From a virus: a stretch of DNA of 64,000 bases. Both the position numbers and the translations under genes were made by a program. The stretch covers positions 32,001-96,000 of IMG/VR virus record IMGVR_UViG_3300020187_000015; one strand, given 5' to 3'. Of the stretch, positions 54,568-64,000 are shown piece by piece (positions within the stretch are counted from its first letter, which is position 1; every line of letters starts with the position of its first letter). Below the pieces are notes generated by a model. It saw only the letters and a program-made list of their open reading frames with translations, was not told where the DNA came from and did not search any database.

Positions 54568-56217
54568 TTAAACCCTAAAATCATTTACAACTGAATAGTT
54601 GGGAGCCGTAAAAAGATTCTTATTACTTTCAAAAGAGTATTTTGAATTTAGAGTTATCGATAGTGGGTCCCCAGTACCAATCGATACTCCTTCTAAATTT
54701 AAAGATTGAAGCTTCCCGTATTCGCTAAGCATATCATTCGACTTCACTTTCAATGAGGATACCAATTGATCCATAGACAGAGAACTTCCAGTTTCAAGTA
54801 TAGCATTTAAGGATATGTCTAAATATGCTCTGTTTTTAATTTCCAAATCAATTGTATCATATTTTCCACCCTTGCCTGGAAGTGCGCTTGACGCTATAGA
54901 AATCTTAGACGGAGTAAATGATAGAGACGTCTTTACTTCCTTAAAAAAGTCTTCCTCTGGAGCGTCTTTATTATCAAATGACTGATCGAAATTTATAGCG
55001 AATGTATCAGAGTCCCTTGAAAATGAGTCAGCAGTAACTCTATTGCTTAAAGACTTTGGTGCATTTCCTCCGAAAAAAGCATTAAACTCTCCATTAGCTA
55101 TATCGAATATATTTATATCCTCAAAAGCGCTTTGTATAAGTCCAGACCTTATAGACTTATCGGCAGATGATGTTATAGACCCTCCTACAGAAACGGAGAC
55201 TAAAGAGGTTCCACTATTGATCGAAATGTTTGTATCAACTCTAACCTGATCCCGTATAGATTCATCATCACCAAATGAGTATGAGAAGTTTATATAGTTA
55301 TTAAATAGGTCTTCAGTAATATCCTTCTGCAGTGGCTCTTGTCCAATAGATGTTGAACCAAATTGATTTGTCAGAAATTCACTAGCCGTAGAGAACCAAT
55401 CATAAGTTAAAAATCTATTCCTAATTATAGATATTGGATCACCTATGCTTCCCTCTAATCTACCTTTTATTGAGATAGAATTTGGAGCGTCAATAGATGA
55501 GTCTATATCTGCCGAATATCTTAATATACCAGAGTTTCCATACAAATCAGAAGAGTAACTTTCAGTTACACTATAAGTTCCTTGAACTCTATCTATACTT
55601 TCTTGCAAAGAATTTAAATTTAAAGAGTAGTCCGAATCCTTGCATATAAAGTGAGGAGAAATGAAAGTTTGAGTAGATCCAGTCCTTTGCCTAACGTAGT
55701 CTATTGCATTCTGTAATGAAGATGATTTGTCATATGAATCGGCTTGAGGAGTTTCTATGCCCTTTGCGCTTATAAGGTGAGAAATTGAAACTATTCCATC
55801 ATTACCTTCTTCAAACGACCAACTCTCCTGTGGATCTATAACTCCATAATTATCACCAAAATAATCTACTGGGTAAGCAGTAAAGCTAATATTATAATCA
55901 ATAATTTTATTATATTTGCTTTGCCCAAAGTCGATAGAATCAATCTTTACTCCGCTCCTTACCATTACCTCTGCTTCATAAGGCTTAAAATCCTTAACTA
56001 TAAAAATTCCAAAGTCTTTTGAAAACCCGCTAATCAGCTTCAATTGCTCTGACCTAAGATCATTGAAGTCCCTTCCAGTAAGCTGACCATTTAGAGAGTA
56101 CGATTCCTCACTCCCAAAGTTTTCCCCATACTTTAAAAAATTCTCCTGACTACTCAAGAATGGTGTTGGTTGATCACCAAAGTCAAAGCTATCGTAAATT
56201 ATTTTAGTTGGAGTCAT
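54568..56217 (-). CDS. putative tail/baseplate structural protein
   Basis: 549 aa, beta-rich, apparent paralog of the adjacent gene, downstream of tape measure. Confidence 0.6.
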   Translation of the reverse strand: MTPTKIIYDSFDFGDQPTPFLSSQENFLKYGENFGSEESYSLNGQLTGRDFNDLRSEQLKLISGFSKDFGIFIVKDFKPYEAEVMVRSGVKIDSIDFGQSKYNKIIDYNISFTAYPVDYFGDNYGVIDPQESWSFEEGNDGIVSISHLISAKGIETPQADSYDKSSSLQNAIDYVRQRTGSTQTFISPHFICKDSDYSLNLNSLQESIDRVQGTYSVTESYSSDLYGNSGILRYSADIDSSIDAPNSISIKGRLEGSIGDPISIIRNRFLTYDWFSTASEFLTNQFGSTSIGQEPLQKDITEDLFNNYINFSYSFGDDESIRDQVRVDTNISINSGTSLVSVSVGGSITSSADKSIRSGLIQSAFEDINIFDIANGEFNAFFGGNAPKSLSNRVTADSFSRDSDTFAINFDQSFDNKDAPEEDFFKEVKTSLSFTPSKISIASSALPGKGGKYDTIDLEIKNRAYLDISLNAILETGSSLSMDQLVSSLKVKSNDMLSEYGKLQSLNLEGVSIGTGDPLSITLNSKYSFESNKNLFTAPNYSVVNDFRV

Positions 56218-57824
56218 AATGTAGCTCTATTCCTAACCAGTTTGTTGAATTTATATTTTACAGATACTTCTAATGCATTTTCCTCTAAATTGTATTGGTA
56301 AGTTGCGCCATCAATATAAGTATCATTATAGTTCTTTACATGCTCATTAGCTACACCCTTTGCCTGGTCAAGAAGATCATAAAGCGTATCTTCCTCTTGT
56401 CCATTTATAGATATTTTTAAGTCTCTAGATCCCTGATTTGTAGTATCGATTTTTTGTACAAATTGTTTCTCACCTAAGGCGGAGAAATTGGCAAATGTAT
56501 TAATTGAATCGTCATCGTTAACCGAAATAGAAACTCTTCTTCCGCTTATTAGAGAAGAGTCATCGGAAAAGTTATATTTATAGTCTATAGAACTTCCATT
56601 CGTTTTTTTATTATAAGAACAATCCTCTAGGCTCAAATCTTTAATACCGCCCCGCTCCTGATAAAAACTATAACATCTTCCATAGATATTTTCTTTTTCT
56701 ATATTGTAGCCATTCACAGAGTTTTGCATTTTTTCTGCCTCAGATTCACCTCTTCCCAATATACTTGCTTCCTCAGAAATCTCCATAATGTCTCCTAGTC
56801 TTTGCATGGAGAGTGTTGAATTTAAAATATAATTTTCTCCATAATTAGAATCAGCATCGTTAAAGGATATTGTGTAGTTAGCCTCGCCAGCAAAATTATC
56901 AATAGTTTGAGAATTAGAAATGGCTCCAGAAGGTAGAGCTGAGGAATTACCATATGCTAGATAAGTTTCACTACATCTACCATAAGATCCGCTTATTTCA
57001 CTTTTTATAGCTTCGGATAGATCGACTTCTATAGAAAAGGATTTTGCCTTTATTGAGCCATTTTCAGAAACAGAGATTATTCCGTCTGCTTGTTTTGTGA
57101 AGTTATGAGAGCGCTTTACTGAATATTTTTCAAATTCAGAAGTATATGTAGAAAATTTTCTAGAAATACTAACCGAGTTGTTTACTAAATCGTAGGATTC
57201 ATTAAATTTCTCGTCTACTGCCCCAGTAAAAAAATTCTGTCCAGGAAAGCTATCTAAAAGTTCAAAGGGCGGTTCTACTGTTTGAAAAATTTCCGTAGCT
57301 AAACCTTTTGCTCTTTGAATAGGGGTGATTATCACTCCATCGCCACTAGCATATTTAATATTTATACTATGCGTATAAGAAAATTGATCACCATCCCTGT
57401 TAATATTAAAATCTTCAGAAAAATCCTCAAGCAGGTATGGAGATTCTAAAATGGTGTTTCCAGTTACTAAGGGAGCTAATCCGCTATAATATTTACCAGA
57501 AAGATTGCTTAAATTTCCAGATTGGAAGCCTTCGATTGATAGATTGTAAGTAGAGTACTGTAAAGAGTTTGCATCGTTATTACTAAAACTTAATACCCTA
57601 CCTTTTCCGAAGTCATTTCCATTTAGTATTATCGGCTGATAATCTTGAAGACCAGTTCTAAAAAACTCAGAAGCGCTAACTAATCCGCTTACACCAATAT
57701 CATTTTGAAGATCTATGAAATATCCCTCTATCTCATACTCAACTCTTGAACCGAATCTAAAATTGGAATTTAAGAATTGATTTGTTTTTTTAAAACCTAA
57801 TAAACTAGCATTATTAAAATTCAC
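56214..57824 (-). CDS. putative distal tail/baseplate structural protein
   Basis: 536 aa, GTG start, immediately downstream of tape measure. Confidence 0.6.
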   Translation of the reverse strand: MNFNNASLLGFKKTNQFLNSNFRFGSRVEYEIEGYFIDLQNDIGVSGLVSASEFFRTGLQDYQPIILNGNDFGKGRVLSFSNNDANSLQYSTYNLSIEGFQSGNLSNLSGKYYSGLAPLVTGNTILESPYLLEDFSEDFNINRDGDQFSYTHSINIKYASGDGVIITPIQRAKGLATEIFQTVEPPFELLDSFPGQNFFTGAVDEKFNESYDLVNNSVSISRKFSTYTSEFEKYSVKRSHNFTKQADGIISVSENGSIKAKSFSIEVDLSEAIKSEISGSYGRCSETYLAYGNSSALPSGAISNSQTIDNFAGEANYTISFNDADSNYGENYILNSTLSMQRLGDIMEISEEASILGRGESEAEKMQNSVNGYNIEKENIYGRCYSFYQERGGIKDLSLEDCSYNKKTNGSSIDYKYNFSDDSSLISGRRVSISVNDDDSINTFANFSALGEKQFVQKIDTTNQGSRDLKISINGQEEDTLYDLLDQAKGVANEHVKNYNDTYIDGATYQYNLEENALEVSVKYKFNKLVRNRATL

Positions 57825-57832
57825 TTTTATAA

Positions 57833-60800
57833 TTATTCACTGATCGTGTCTACAATTGATTCTAAATTTCTCCTAAACTCTTCAACCGCTTCTTCTACTG
57901 AACCCAACCTAGCTATGCTGCCTTCTGGAAGCTTTATATCTATATTAGTAACAACATCAGTGGTTTTGATTACTCCCTCTGCAATCTTTTGACTTAGATT
58001 ATTAGATGCTTCAATAAATTGCTGTTGAGTAAGAGTATTTGCATTTAATTTTTCTACTAGAGTGGCTATAGCATCTCTATTTATCACCGCTTCGGCCTCC
58101 TGTATCTTGAGTGCAGCTAATACATTTGCTGCAGAGTCTGCTGCGGTGGCAGATTCGTTGCCTCCTTCTACAACTGGTGGCGCTCCAGGAAGCCTACCTT
58201 CGGTTGGAGTAACCTTACTTAATAGTGAGCCTAATGTTGGGCTGACCTCCCTAAGGGATTCGACAATATCACCTAAACCTTGGTTAATTACTTCAAAGCC
58301 ACCAATCTCTTCACCTGTATTAGTTTCAATCTTAACTAGTTCGTCTAAGTCCAGTCTAACACCCTGATCAGACAAACGGTCAAATACACGTTCTAATCTT
58401 CCAGGTAAATCCGCAAGCCCTTCAGGAGTTCTATCCCCTTTACTCAACTCTCGTTCAAAAATGCTCCTAGCTCTTTTACTCTGTTCATCGGTTAGTTGAC
58501 CCCCTTCAGCTTTTGATCTAGTAACAAGATTAAACTGCTCTCTAATTACATCAGCCGCCCCCTTTAATGCTTGAGCCTCTGGAGAATTCTTATCAGCCAG
58601 CACTTCTCTAACTGGATTTGCTCCATTATCTCCACCATATTGACCCAATCCTAAGAAAGTTTTTCTCATTCCCGTTCTAATTTCTTCAGTGAGGCTATTA
58701 GCTGCCCTATCTTCACCAAATAATTGTGAAAGGTTCTGACCTCCCGTCTTTGACCCTAAATCGTTTAATGCTGCTTGAGCAACTCTCTGATTTTCAGCCT
58801 GTTGATTGAGAGCTACTGTATCTGCAAGTGACTGATTTGTATTTGCGACAAGAGCATCTCTATTTCCTGCTAGTTCAATTGCCAATTTTGCAAGCTCTTG
58901 TTTCAAATCCTTATCATCTGTCTTTCCTATTAGAGAGTTTATATCGCTAATTGAGGCTCCTTCATTCGCAACCCTTTCCAAGATTGGGGAAACCTCAGCT
59001 CTTTGTTCTGGTGTGAATGTGGACAATCTATCTTTAAAAGCAGATTGGACACCCCCTGAAGCACCCAAGTTAAGATCCTTTAACCCATCTGTAAGAGCTG
59101 TTTTCAGATTACTTATCTGAAGGTCCTGCTTTTTACGTGTCTGGTCAAATCCCTGCCTAGAAAGAAACTCCAATTTATTTTGCGCGAGGTTGGACGCTCT
59201 ACTAACTTCACCCCTTTGCGTTATTCTATCAGCAGCAGACTGTCCAGCCTGAGCTTGGAACAAATTAGATGAAGCAGCGTCAGAGTCTCTGTTAGCTCCT
59301 GCGACTTTAAAGTTCGCATCTGTTATCGCAGCGGCAGCTTGCTGTTCAATTATATTGGTCTTAATGGAGCCATCTCCAATCACTTTCTTGAATAGGTTTG
59401 ATAGAAGCTTATTTGTGTCGAACTGAAGAGCAAAAGCTTTTGCAGTTTCCTTTTCAAGGCCCAGCGCAATTAGCCTCTGGAGATTACTTCCAGACTTCTC
59501 TAAAGTGGAAAAGTCAACATTGTCAAGATCTATATCCGCTAGAAGACCTCCAATAAAAAGAGATACCTCATCTTCTGTAATCTTACTAAGATCAAGTTGA
59601 TCTTGGTTTGTTACTCTTGTTATTGGCGCTCCAAAGGCAAATTGACCAACACCCCTAATAGTTTCTGTCTCCTTCTCTATAGTAGCTCGCCTATCTTTAG
59701 ATTTTGTAGCGAAATCGTCGAAAGCCTTCTGTGTTGACGCTGTCCTTATTTTTGACTGCCCTTCCCTTTGGAGTTCATCCAATATCCCTCTTCTTTCCTC
59801 TGGAGTTGCAGTAACAAAGTCTTGCTTAAGCTTCCTCCCTCTTTCTGATTTCCCAAGATTTGGATCGTTCTGAAAATCATTAAAAGTTCTTTGTATATCA
59901 GAGAACAGGGCCGCTATCTGTTTTCCTGATGCAGTTCCACTTTCAAATGCATCATTTAGTCTAAACTGCGCATTTACATATGCCTGTGCAGAAGCTATAT
60001 TCTTTTTATAAAAATCTTGCTGCTCGCCCAGAGACTTGGAATACTTGCTGGCATCATCAGTGGCTGTAGAAAGCGCAGCACTAACTCCACCCAGTAGACC
60101 CCCAACTCCAGCACCTATTGCAATACCAAGCGGATTCCCAGAAAATGCACCCACACTTGCTCCAGTCGCAGCTCCACCTAAAGCACCAGATGCAATTGAC
60201 CCAGCTCTTTCATTTCCACTTACCTTTGCAATCCCCTGACCAATTACTGGCGCTGCCAAAGCACCAGCAAAGCTAAGTCCAAATCCAGCCCCCTGTAGTC
60301 TTTGTCCTCTAGCTATTTTTCTAGATTGAACCGATTCGTTAAATTTAGCTCTAGACTCTGGTGTAAGTTTTTTACCAGTTGACGAGTTTAATATTCCTTT
60401 TGCCTTTTTTTCTAGGCCGCTGTCGAAACCAAACCTACCCGTTCCAGACTTCTCTAGTTGTGTTTGTGCATCAGCCAAAAGAGACTGTTGAACTGCATTT
60501 CTTGTTCCCTTTTCAATTTGTTTGAAGTTTACCAGTCCAGCATTTTTAATTTTATTTGCTAACTCCCTACCCTCCTTGGATCTATTGAGTTCCTCGAAGC
60601 TCAATGATTTCCCTTGTGATTTAGACTCCTTTTTTAATTCGGCCTCTATAAGCTCAAGTCTTAACCTTCTCTTAAATTCTGCAAATGGAGCTGCATCTCC
60701 CCTAAACCCACTAGGCACAGCGCCAGCCGCAAATTGTTTTTTAAAATCCTTATAGTTGTACTCTTTTAACTCTTTGCTAAAGTTTTTTGGCGCATTTCTT

Positions 60801-63601
60801 GCCTGCTCGGCTAAACTTGGCTGTATTATTGCTGGTGGACCAGCGACTTCAGGGACAAGCCTTGTTTTTCCCTTTAAGTCCGTTTGTCCAGTAAAAGTAA
60901 ATCTGCTATTTCTAAGGTCCCCAGTAAATCCAGTTGATCCAGGATTATAAATTGGATCACCTACTGGTCTAAATTTCCCTTTATCATTTTTAACAAAAGG
61001 TTTTTGTGTCGGAGATACTCTAGTCCTTTCATCAGCACCGCTTGGTGGTGTTTTTGGTGTATCTCTACCAAAACCTCTAGTAGCCTGTTGTGCAGCCATA
61101 GAAGTTTGTTCAGCAGCAGCCTGTCTCAATAGTGTTGGAATTTTAAAGCCTTGACCAGAGGCTAAACCAGCTTCAATTCTTGAAATTTGTCTTGGAGTTA
61201 AAGGCTGTCCTGCTCTCAGCCTTCTTTCCATTTGTTTAATTTCTGTATCGCCTAAGTTGACCCTGCCTGAGGATTGACCAAAAGGAAAAGGATCGGTTAC
61301 ATCAAGATTGACCCTGCCTTCTGCAAAATTAGGTATATAGGTAGCTCCCCCAGCTCTAACCCTTCTTATATCAGAGAGTTTTATATTTTTAGTTACTTGT
61401 TCGCCACCCTGCATACCTCTAAGAGTAACCATCTGATTCTCCCTTTGGTATTGCTTCCAGCTAGAATACCCCTTAGGAGGCGGCTTTCCAGCCTTAGATG
61501 ACTGAGCAACCATAGATGAATGCTGAACCCCTGAAAGCTGTCTAACTGAGTCATATTTCTTACTGTAGTAGCTTACAGACTGAAACTTGGTGTTACCCAT
61601 CAGAAGCTTGCTAATGCCATCCCTAGAGGCCTTGTAGGTCAATCCCTTAACCATAGGGATCTTACCTCTGGCAAAGTTTCCACCCATAGAGCTAATAGCA
61701 GAAGATCCTGCCATATCTCTATTCAATACAATGTCGCCATTTTTATTAGGTATTAAAATCTCATCACTATTCAATACGGCTGGCCCAATCTTGCCCTTTC
61801 CATAATTGAATGAATTTACTACTTTTACTTGCGCGTTTGAACTAGCTCCACCAACGCCATTACTGATCGCCCTTTTTTCATTTTCTATTGCTCCCCCCAA
61901 AGTTCCTCCAGCAAAACCTTTTGCTCTTCCTCCTTTCCTACTTACGTCTCCAGTAAAAACAGATCCACCAAGAGATACACCCTGTCTCGACAAGCTTTGC
62001 GCAGTTCTAATCGAACTAGCTTCTAAGGCTTTTTGCGCAGCAAGTTGTTTAGTCAGCAAGCCTAATATAATTTGTTCTTTTTGTGCCTGCGAAGTTGCTA
62101 ATTCTAGTTGTTTTAACTCGGAAGAGGTAGCTTGAGCTAACAAGCTTTGAATAACTCTCTGATTTGCTATTCGTTTTTCTGAAACTTTGTTTATACCACT
62201 GAGTTGAAGCAAACTTGCGCCACCCTGAGTGAATACATTTTTTAAAGTATTGGCAATAATTGCCAAGCCAGTTACAAATGCAGGACCAGTCAAGACTTTC
62301 ACAAACCCTTCAGCAAGTGGCGCTAAAAGCTTAAGATCATTAGCTAGTAAAATTACGTCCTTGGTAATATTCGCCAAAAAGGACCCACCTCCAATATCAT
62401 TGCCTTGAAGAGCTTCTAGCAATACATTTATATCCGTTACAATAGACTTGAAGAAGTCTTGAAGCCCAGCCTTTCCAAGGCCTGCAAAAATTTGACCTAT
62501 ATTGTTAGATATTTGATTACTAATACCCTCAATAGTTTGATTGTAAGCTAAGTTGGCTATAATAGCTTCATTAGTTGCCTTAGTCGCAGCGTCTGTCGCT
62601 CCTCCAGCAATACTTTGTTGGGATGCTAAATCTCTAAATAGGGCCGACAATTTTGAAACCTGGAACTGGCCAGCAACAACTGTAGATATTTGAGTGGCAA
62701 GACTTCTTTCCCCGTCCTTTTGAGCTTGACTAATGGCTACAGATGCTGCTACTAAGTTATCAAAGGTCGAGGCACTTTCATCAACAGCGACCCCAAGTTC
62801 TTTCAACTGTGCAATTCTAGTAGGTAAATTAAGTCTAGTTAAAGCAGTCTTCAGACCTTGACCAATAGTAGCGCCACCCAAACCAGTTCTTTGTTTTATC
62901 GCAGTAATGAAACCCAGCAATTCTTCAAACGATATGCCAGCATCCTGAGCAACGGATGCCGATCTAGAAACCGCATCAATTAGATCTGTAGAAGAAACCG
63001 CAAAAGCAGTTTCAACTGCTCTTAACTTATTTATGACTTCAGTAGTCGTTATAGCAGAGGATGCAAAACCATTAACAACCGCAGTTAAACCAGAAATTGC
63101 TTTTTCTGTGTTTAAAGTTGTTAGTCGAGTTAATATCAGAGCGTCACTTGTTCTCTTTAGAGTTTGCTCTACGCTCAAGCCCTGTCTGGCAAATTCCTGT
63201 GCAGTTTCAGCTACTCTTTGAAATCCCTGACCAGTATTCTTAGCAACCTTAAACAGCTCGTCACCAAACTTCGATATCGTATCGCTACTTCTTCCGAAGA
63301 TGGAGTTAATAGCATTCAAGCTACTTTCCACCTGTACTACGGTGGTAGCCAATTCTAGGAAGGCTCTTCTTACCCCTTCAATGACGGCCACAGAAGCACC
63401 GAAAGCGATGACACGGGCATTAGAAGCTTCAAGTGATTTAGTAAACTCATTTGCCTTGCCTGTAATTCTGCCTAAAGCCTGCTCACTTCGCTTTGTGTCA
63501 ATTATAACTTTACGTTTTTCAAGACCACGCAACTGAGCATTAAACTCTCTTGTGTTTGAGAGTTTTACTTCCGCTAATATTTCTAAATCAGATCTAGCCA
63601 T
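57833..63601 (-). CDS. tail tape measure protein
   Basis: 1922 aa, helical Ala/Gly-rich; TP901-like core (AQEFARQG, AFAVSSTDL, GQGLKT); hydrophobic Gly-rich segments; follows the major tail gene. Confidence 0.9.
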   Translation of the reverse strand: MARSDLEILAEVKLSNTREFNAQLRGLEKRKVIIDTKRSEQALGRITGKANEFTKSLEASNARVIAFGASVAVIEGVRRAFLELATTVVQVESSLNAINSIFGRSSDTISKFGDELFKVAKNTGQGFQRVAETAQEFARQGLSVEQTLKRTSDALILTRLTTLNTEKAISGLTAVVNGFASSAITTTEVINKLRAVETAFAVSSTDLIDAVSRSASVAQDAGISFEELLGFITAIKQRTGLGGATIGQGLKTALTRLNLPTRIAQLKELGVAVDESASTFDNLVAASVAISQAQKDGERSLATQISTVVAGQFQVSKLSALFRDLASQQSIAGGATDAATKATNEAIIANLAYNQTIEGISNQISNNIGQIFAGLGKAGLQDFFKSIVTDINVLLEALQGNDIGGGSFLANITKDVILLANDLKLLAPLAEGFVKVLTGPAFVTGLAIIANTLKNVFTQGGASLLQLSGINKVSEKRIANQRVIQSLLAQATSSELKQLELATSQAQKEQIILGLLTKQLAAQKALEASSIRTAQSLSRQGVSLGGSVFTGDVSRKGGRAKGFAGGTLGGAIENEKRAISNGVGGASSNAQVKVVNSFNYGKGKIGPAVLNSDEILIPNKNGDIVLNRDMAGSSAISSMGGNFARGKIPMVKGLTYKASRDGISKLLMGNTKFQSVSYYSKKYDSVRQLSGVQHSSMVAQSSKAGKPPPKGYSSWKQYQRENQMVTLRGMQGGEQVTKNIKLSDIRRVRAGGATYIPNFAEGRVNLDVTDPFPFGQSSGRVNLGDTEIKQMERRLRAGQPLTPRQISRIEAGLASGQGFKIPTLLRQAAAEQTSMAAQQATRGFGRDTPKTPPSGADERTRVSPTQKPFVKNDKGKFRPVGDPIYNPGSTGFTGDLRNSRFTFTGQTDLKGKTRLVPEVAGPPAIIQPSLAEQARNAPKNFSKELKEYNYKDFKKQFAAGAVPSGFRGDAAPFAEFKRRLRLELIEAELKKESKSQGKSLSFEELNRSKEGRELANKIKNAGLVNFKQIEKGTRNAVQQSLLADAQTQLEKSGTGRFGFDSGLEKKAKGILNSSTGKKLTPESRAKFNESVQSRKIARGQRLQGAGFGLSFAGALAAPVIGQGIAKVSGNERAGSIASGALGGAATGASVGAFSGNPLGIAIGAGVGGLLGGVSAALSTATDDASKYSKSLGEQQDFYKKNIASAQAYVNAQFRLNDAFESGTASGKQIAALFSDIQRTFNDFQNDPNLGKSERGRKLKQDFVTATPEERRGILDELQREGQSKIRTASTQKAFDDFATKSKDRRATIEKETETIRGVGQFAFGAPITRVTNQDQLDLSKITEDEVSLFIGGLLADIDLDNVDFSTLEKSGSNLQRLIALGLEKETAKAFALQFDTNKLLSNLFKKVIGDGSIKTNIIEQQAAAAITDANFKVAGANRDSDAASSNLFQAQAGQSAADRITQRGEVSRASNLAQNKLEFLSRQGFDQTRKKQDLQISNLKTALTDGLKDLNLGASGGVQSAFKDRLSTFTPEQRAEVSPILERVANEGASISDINSLIGKTDDKDLKQELAKLAIELAGNRDALVANTNQSLADTVALNQQAENQRVAQAALNDLGSKTGGQNLSQLFGEDRAANSLTEEIRTGMRKTFLGLGQYGGDNGANPVREVLADKNSPEAQALKGAADVIREQFNLVTRSKAEGGQLTDEQSKRARSIFERELSKGDRTPEGLADLPGRLERVFDRLSDQGVRLDLDELVKIETNTGEEIGGFEVINQGLGDIVESLREVSPTLGSLLSKVTPTEGRLPGAPPVVEGGNESATAADSAANVLAALKIQEAEAVINRDAIATLVEKLNANTLTQQQFIEASNNLSQKIAEGVIKTTDVVTNIDIKLPEGSIARLGSVEEAVEEFRRNLESIVDTISE

Positions 63602-63613
63602 GCCTATATACTA

Positions 63614-63619
63614 TTACAC
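63614..63619 (-). promoter_or_regulatory. putative late promoter motif
   Basis: GTGTAA-N12-ATG, directly after a terminator. Confidence 0.6.
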
Positions 63620-63620
63620 T

Positions 63621-63664
63621 AAAAAAAAGCCCACTGATAAAAAAATCAATGGGCTTTGTTTTTT
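63621..63664 (-). terminator. rho-independent terminator (possibly bidirectional)
   Basis: AAAGCCCA...TGGGCTTT stem with A8 on one side and a T-rich tract on the other. Confidence 0.8.
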
Positions 63665-63681
63665 AAATGAATATTTAAAAT

Positions 63682-64000
63682 TTATGAACGACCTGCGTAT
63701 CTCGCAGCAAGTTCTGCTGTTTTGACGGCTCCACTGAAGAATATGCCTTTTCCAGTTTCATCAACAGTACCAAGTGGGACTTGGAATGTTACAGAACCGT
63801 TTCTTGCAGATCCGATATCAAGAGATGTATTTTCCGATTCGAAGGTAGCACCTCTAACAAAAATAGCGAATTGATCTGTATCTACCGAATTACCAGTACT
63901 TCCAGCAGTTACAATACTAAAGTCAAACTCAGTGTTCGATGTGCCGTTGAATAGATCAACAAGAGAACCTGTTGACATATCAGTGACATTAAAATCGAAG
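63682..64000 (-). CDS. probable major tail (tube) protein, C-terminal part (5' end outside window)
   Basis: Open frame to window edge; beta-rich RGATFESENTSLDIG...SVTFQV; upstream of tape measure and followed by a terminator. Confidence 0.65.
   Translation of the reverse strand, partial: FDFNVTDMSTGSLVDLFNGTSNTEFDFSIVTAGSTGNSVDTDQFAIFVRGATFESENTSLDIGSARNGSVTFQVPLGTVDETGKGIFFSGAVKTAELAARYAGRS

Noticed and set aside
1-64000. Stop-codon reassignment, tRNA genes, prophage/host boundary
   Set aside because: Standard code gives dense full-length genes ending in TAA, TAG and TGA; no cloverleaf, integrase or host housekeeping block was recognised by eye (tRNAscan not run).

Overview
AT-rich 64-kb segment of a large tailed dsDNA phage genome. 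It uses the standard genetic code; I saw no rRNA, tRNA, CRISPR array, integrase or DNA polymerase. Left arm, minus strand (1-15.9 kb): partial S8 subtilase with large insertions, a virion-type protein, a putative holin, many small early ORFs, a sulfotransferase, three tandem BspA/LRR_5 proteins sharing an N-terminal 'KKISxLT' module, a GT4 glycosyltransferase and a phage sigma factor. Middle, plus strand (16-40 kb): HTH gene with an origin-like palindrome cluster, five GT-A-like glycosyltransferases and two methyltransferases, class Ia RNR (nrdB, nrdA), gmd, RecA-like recombinase, nucleases, DnaB, primase, split HldE-like (heptose kinase + nucleotidyltransferase) genes, SSB-like protein, and a GT4/DUF4214/split-GT9 pair. 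Right arm, minus strand (40-64 kb): tail module with major tail protein end, tape measure protein, baseplate-like proteins, a 1745-aa Thr-Gly/Ser-Gly-rich protein and a Cys-rich protein. Top hypotheses: (1) a phage-encoded glycan assembly system (glycosyl-, methyl- and sulfotransferases plus sugar-nucleotide synthesis) that decorates [ST]G-rich virion proteins; (2) a recombining LRR adhesin library with hypervariable positions and a shared docking module; (3) two classes of near-leaderless promoters, including a GTGTAW late motif probably read by the phage sigma factor. All protein family calls are from motif recognition, not database searches.
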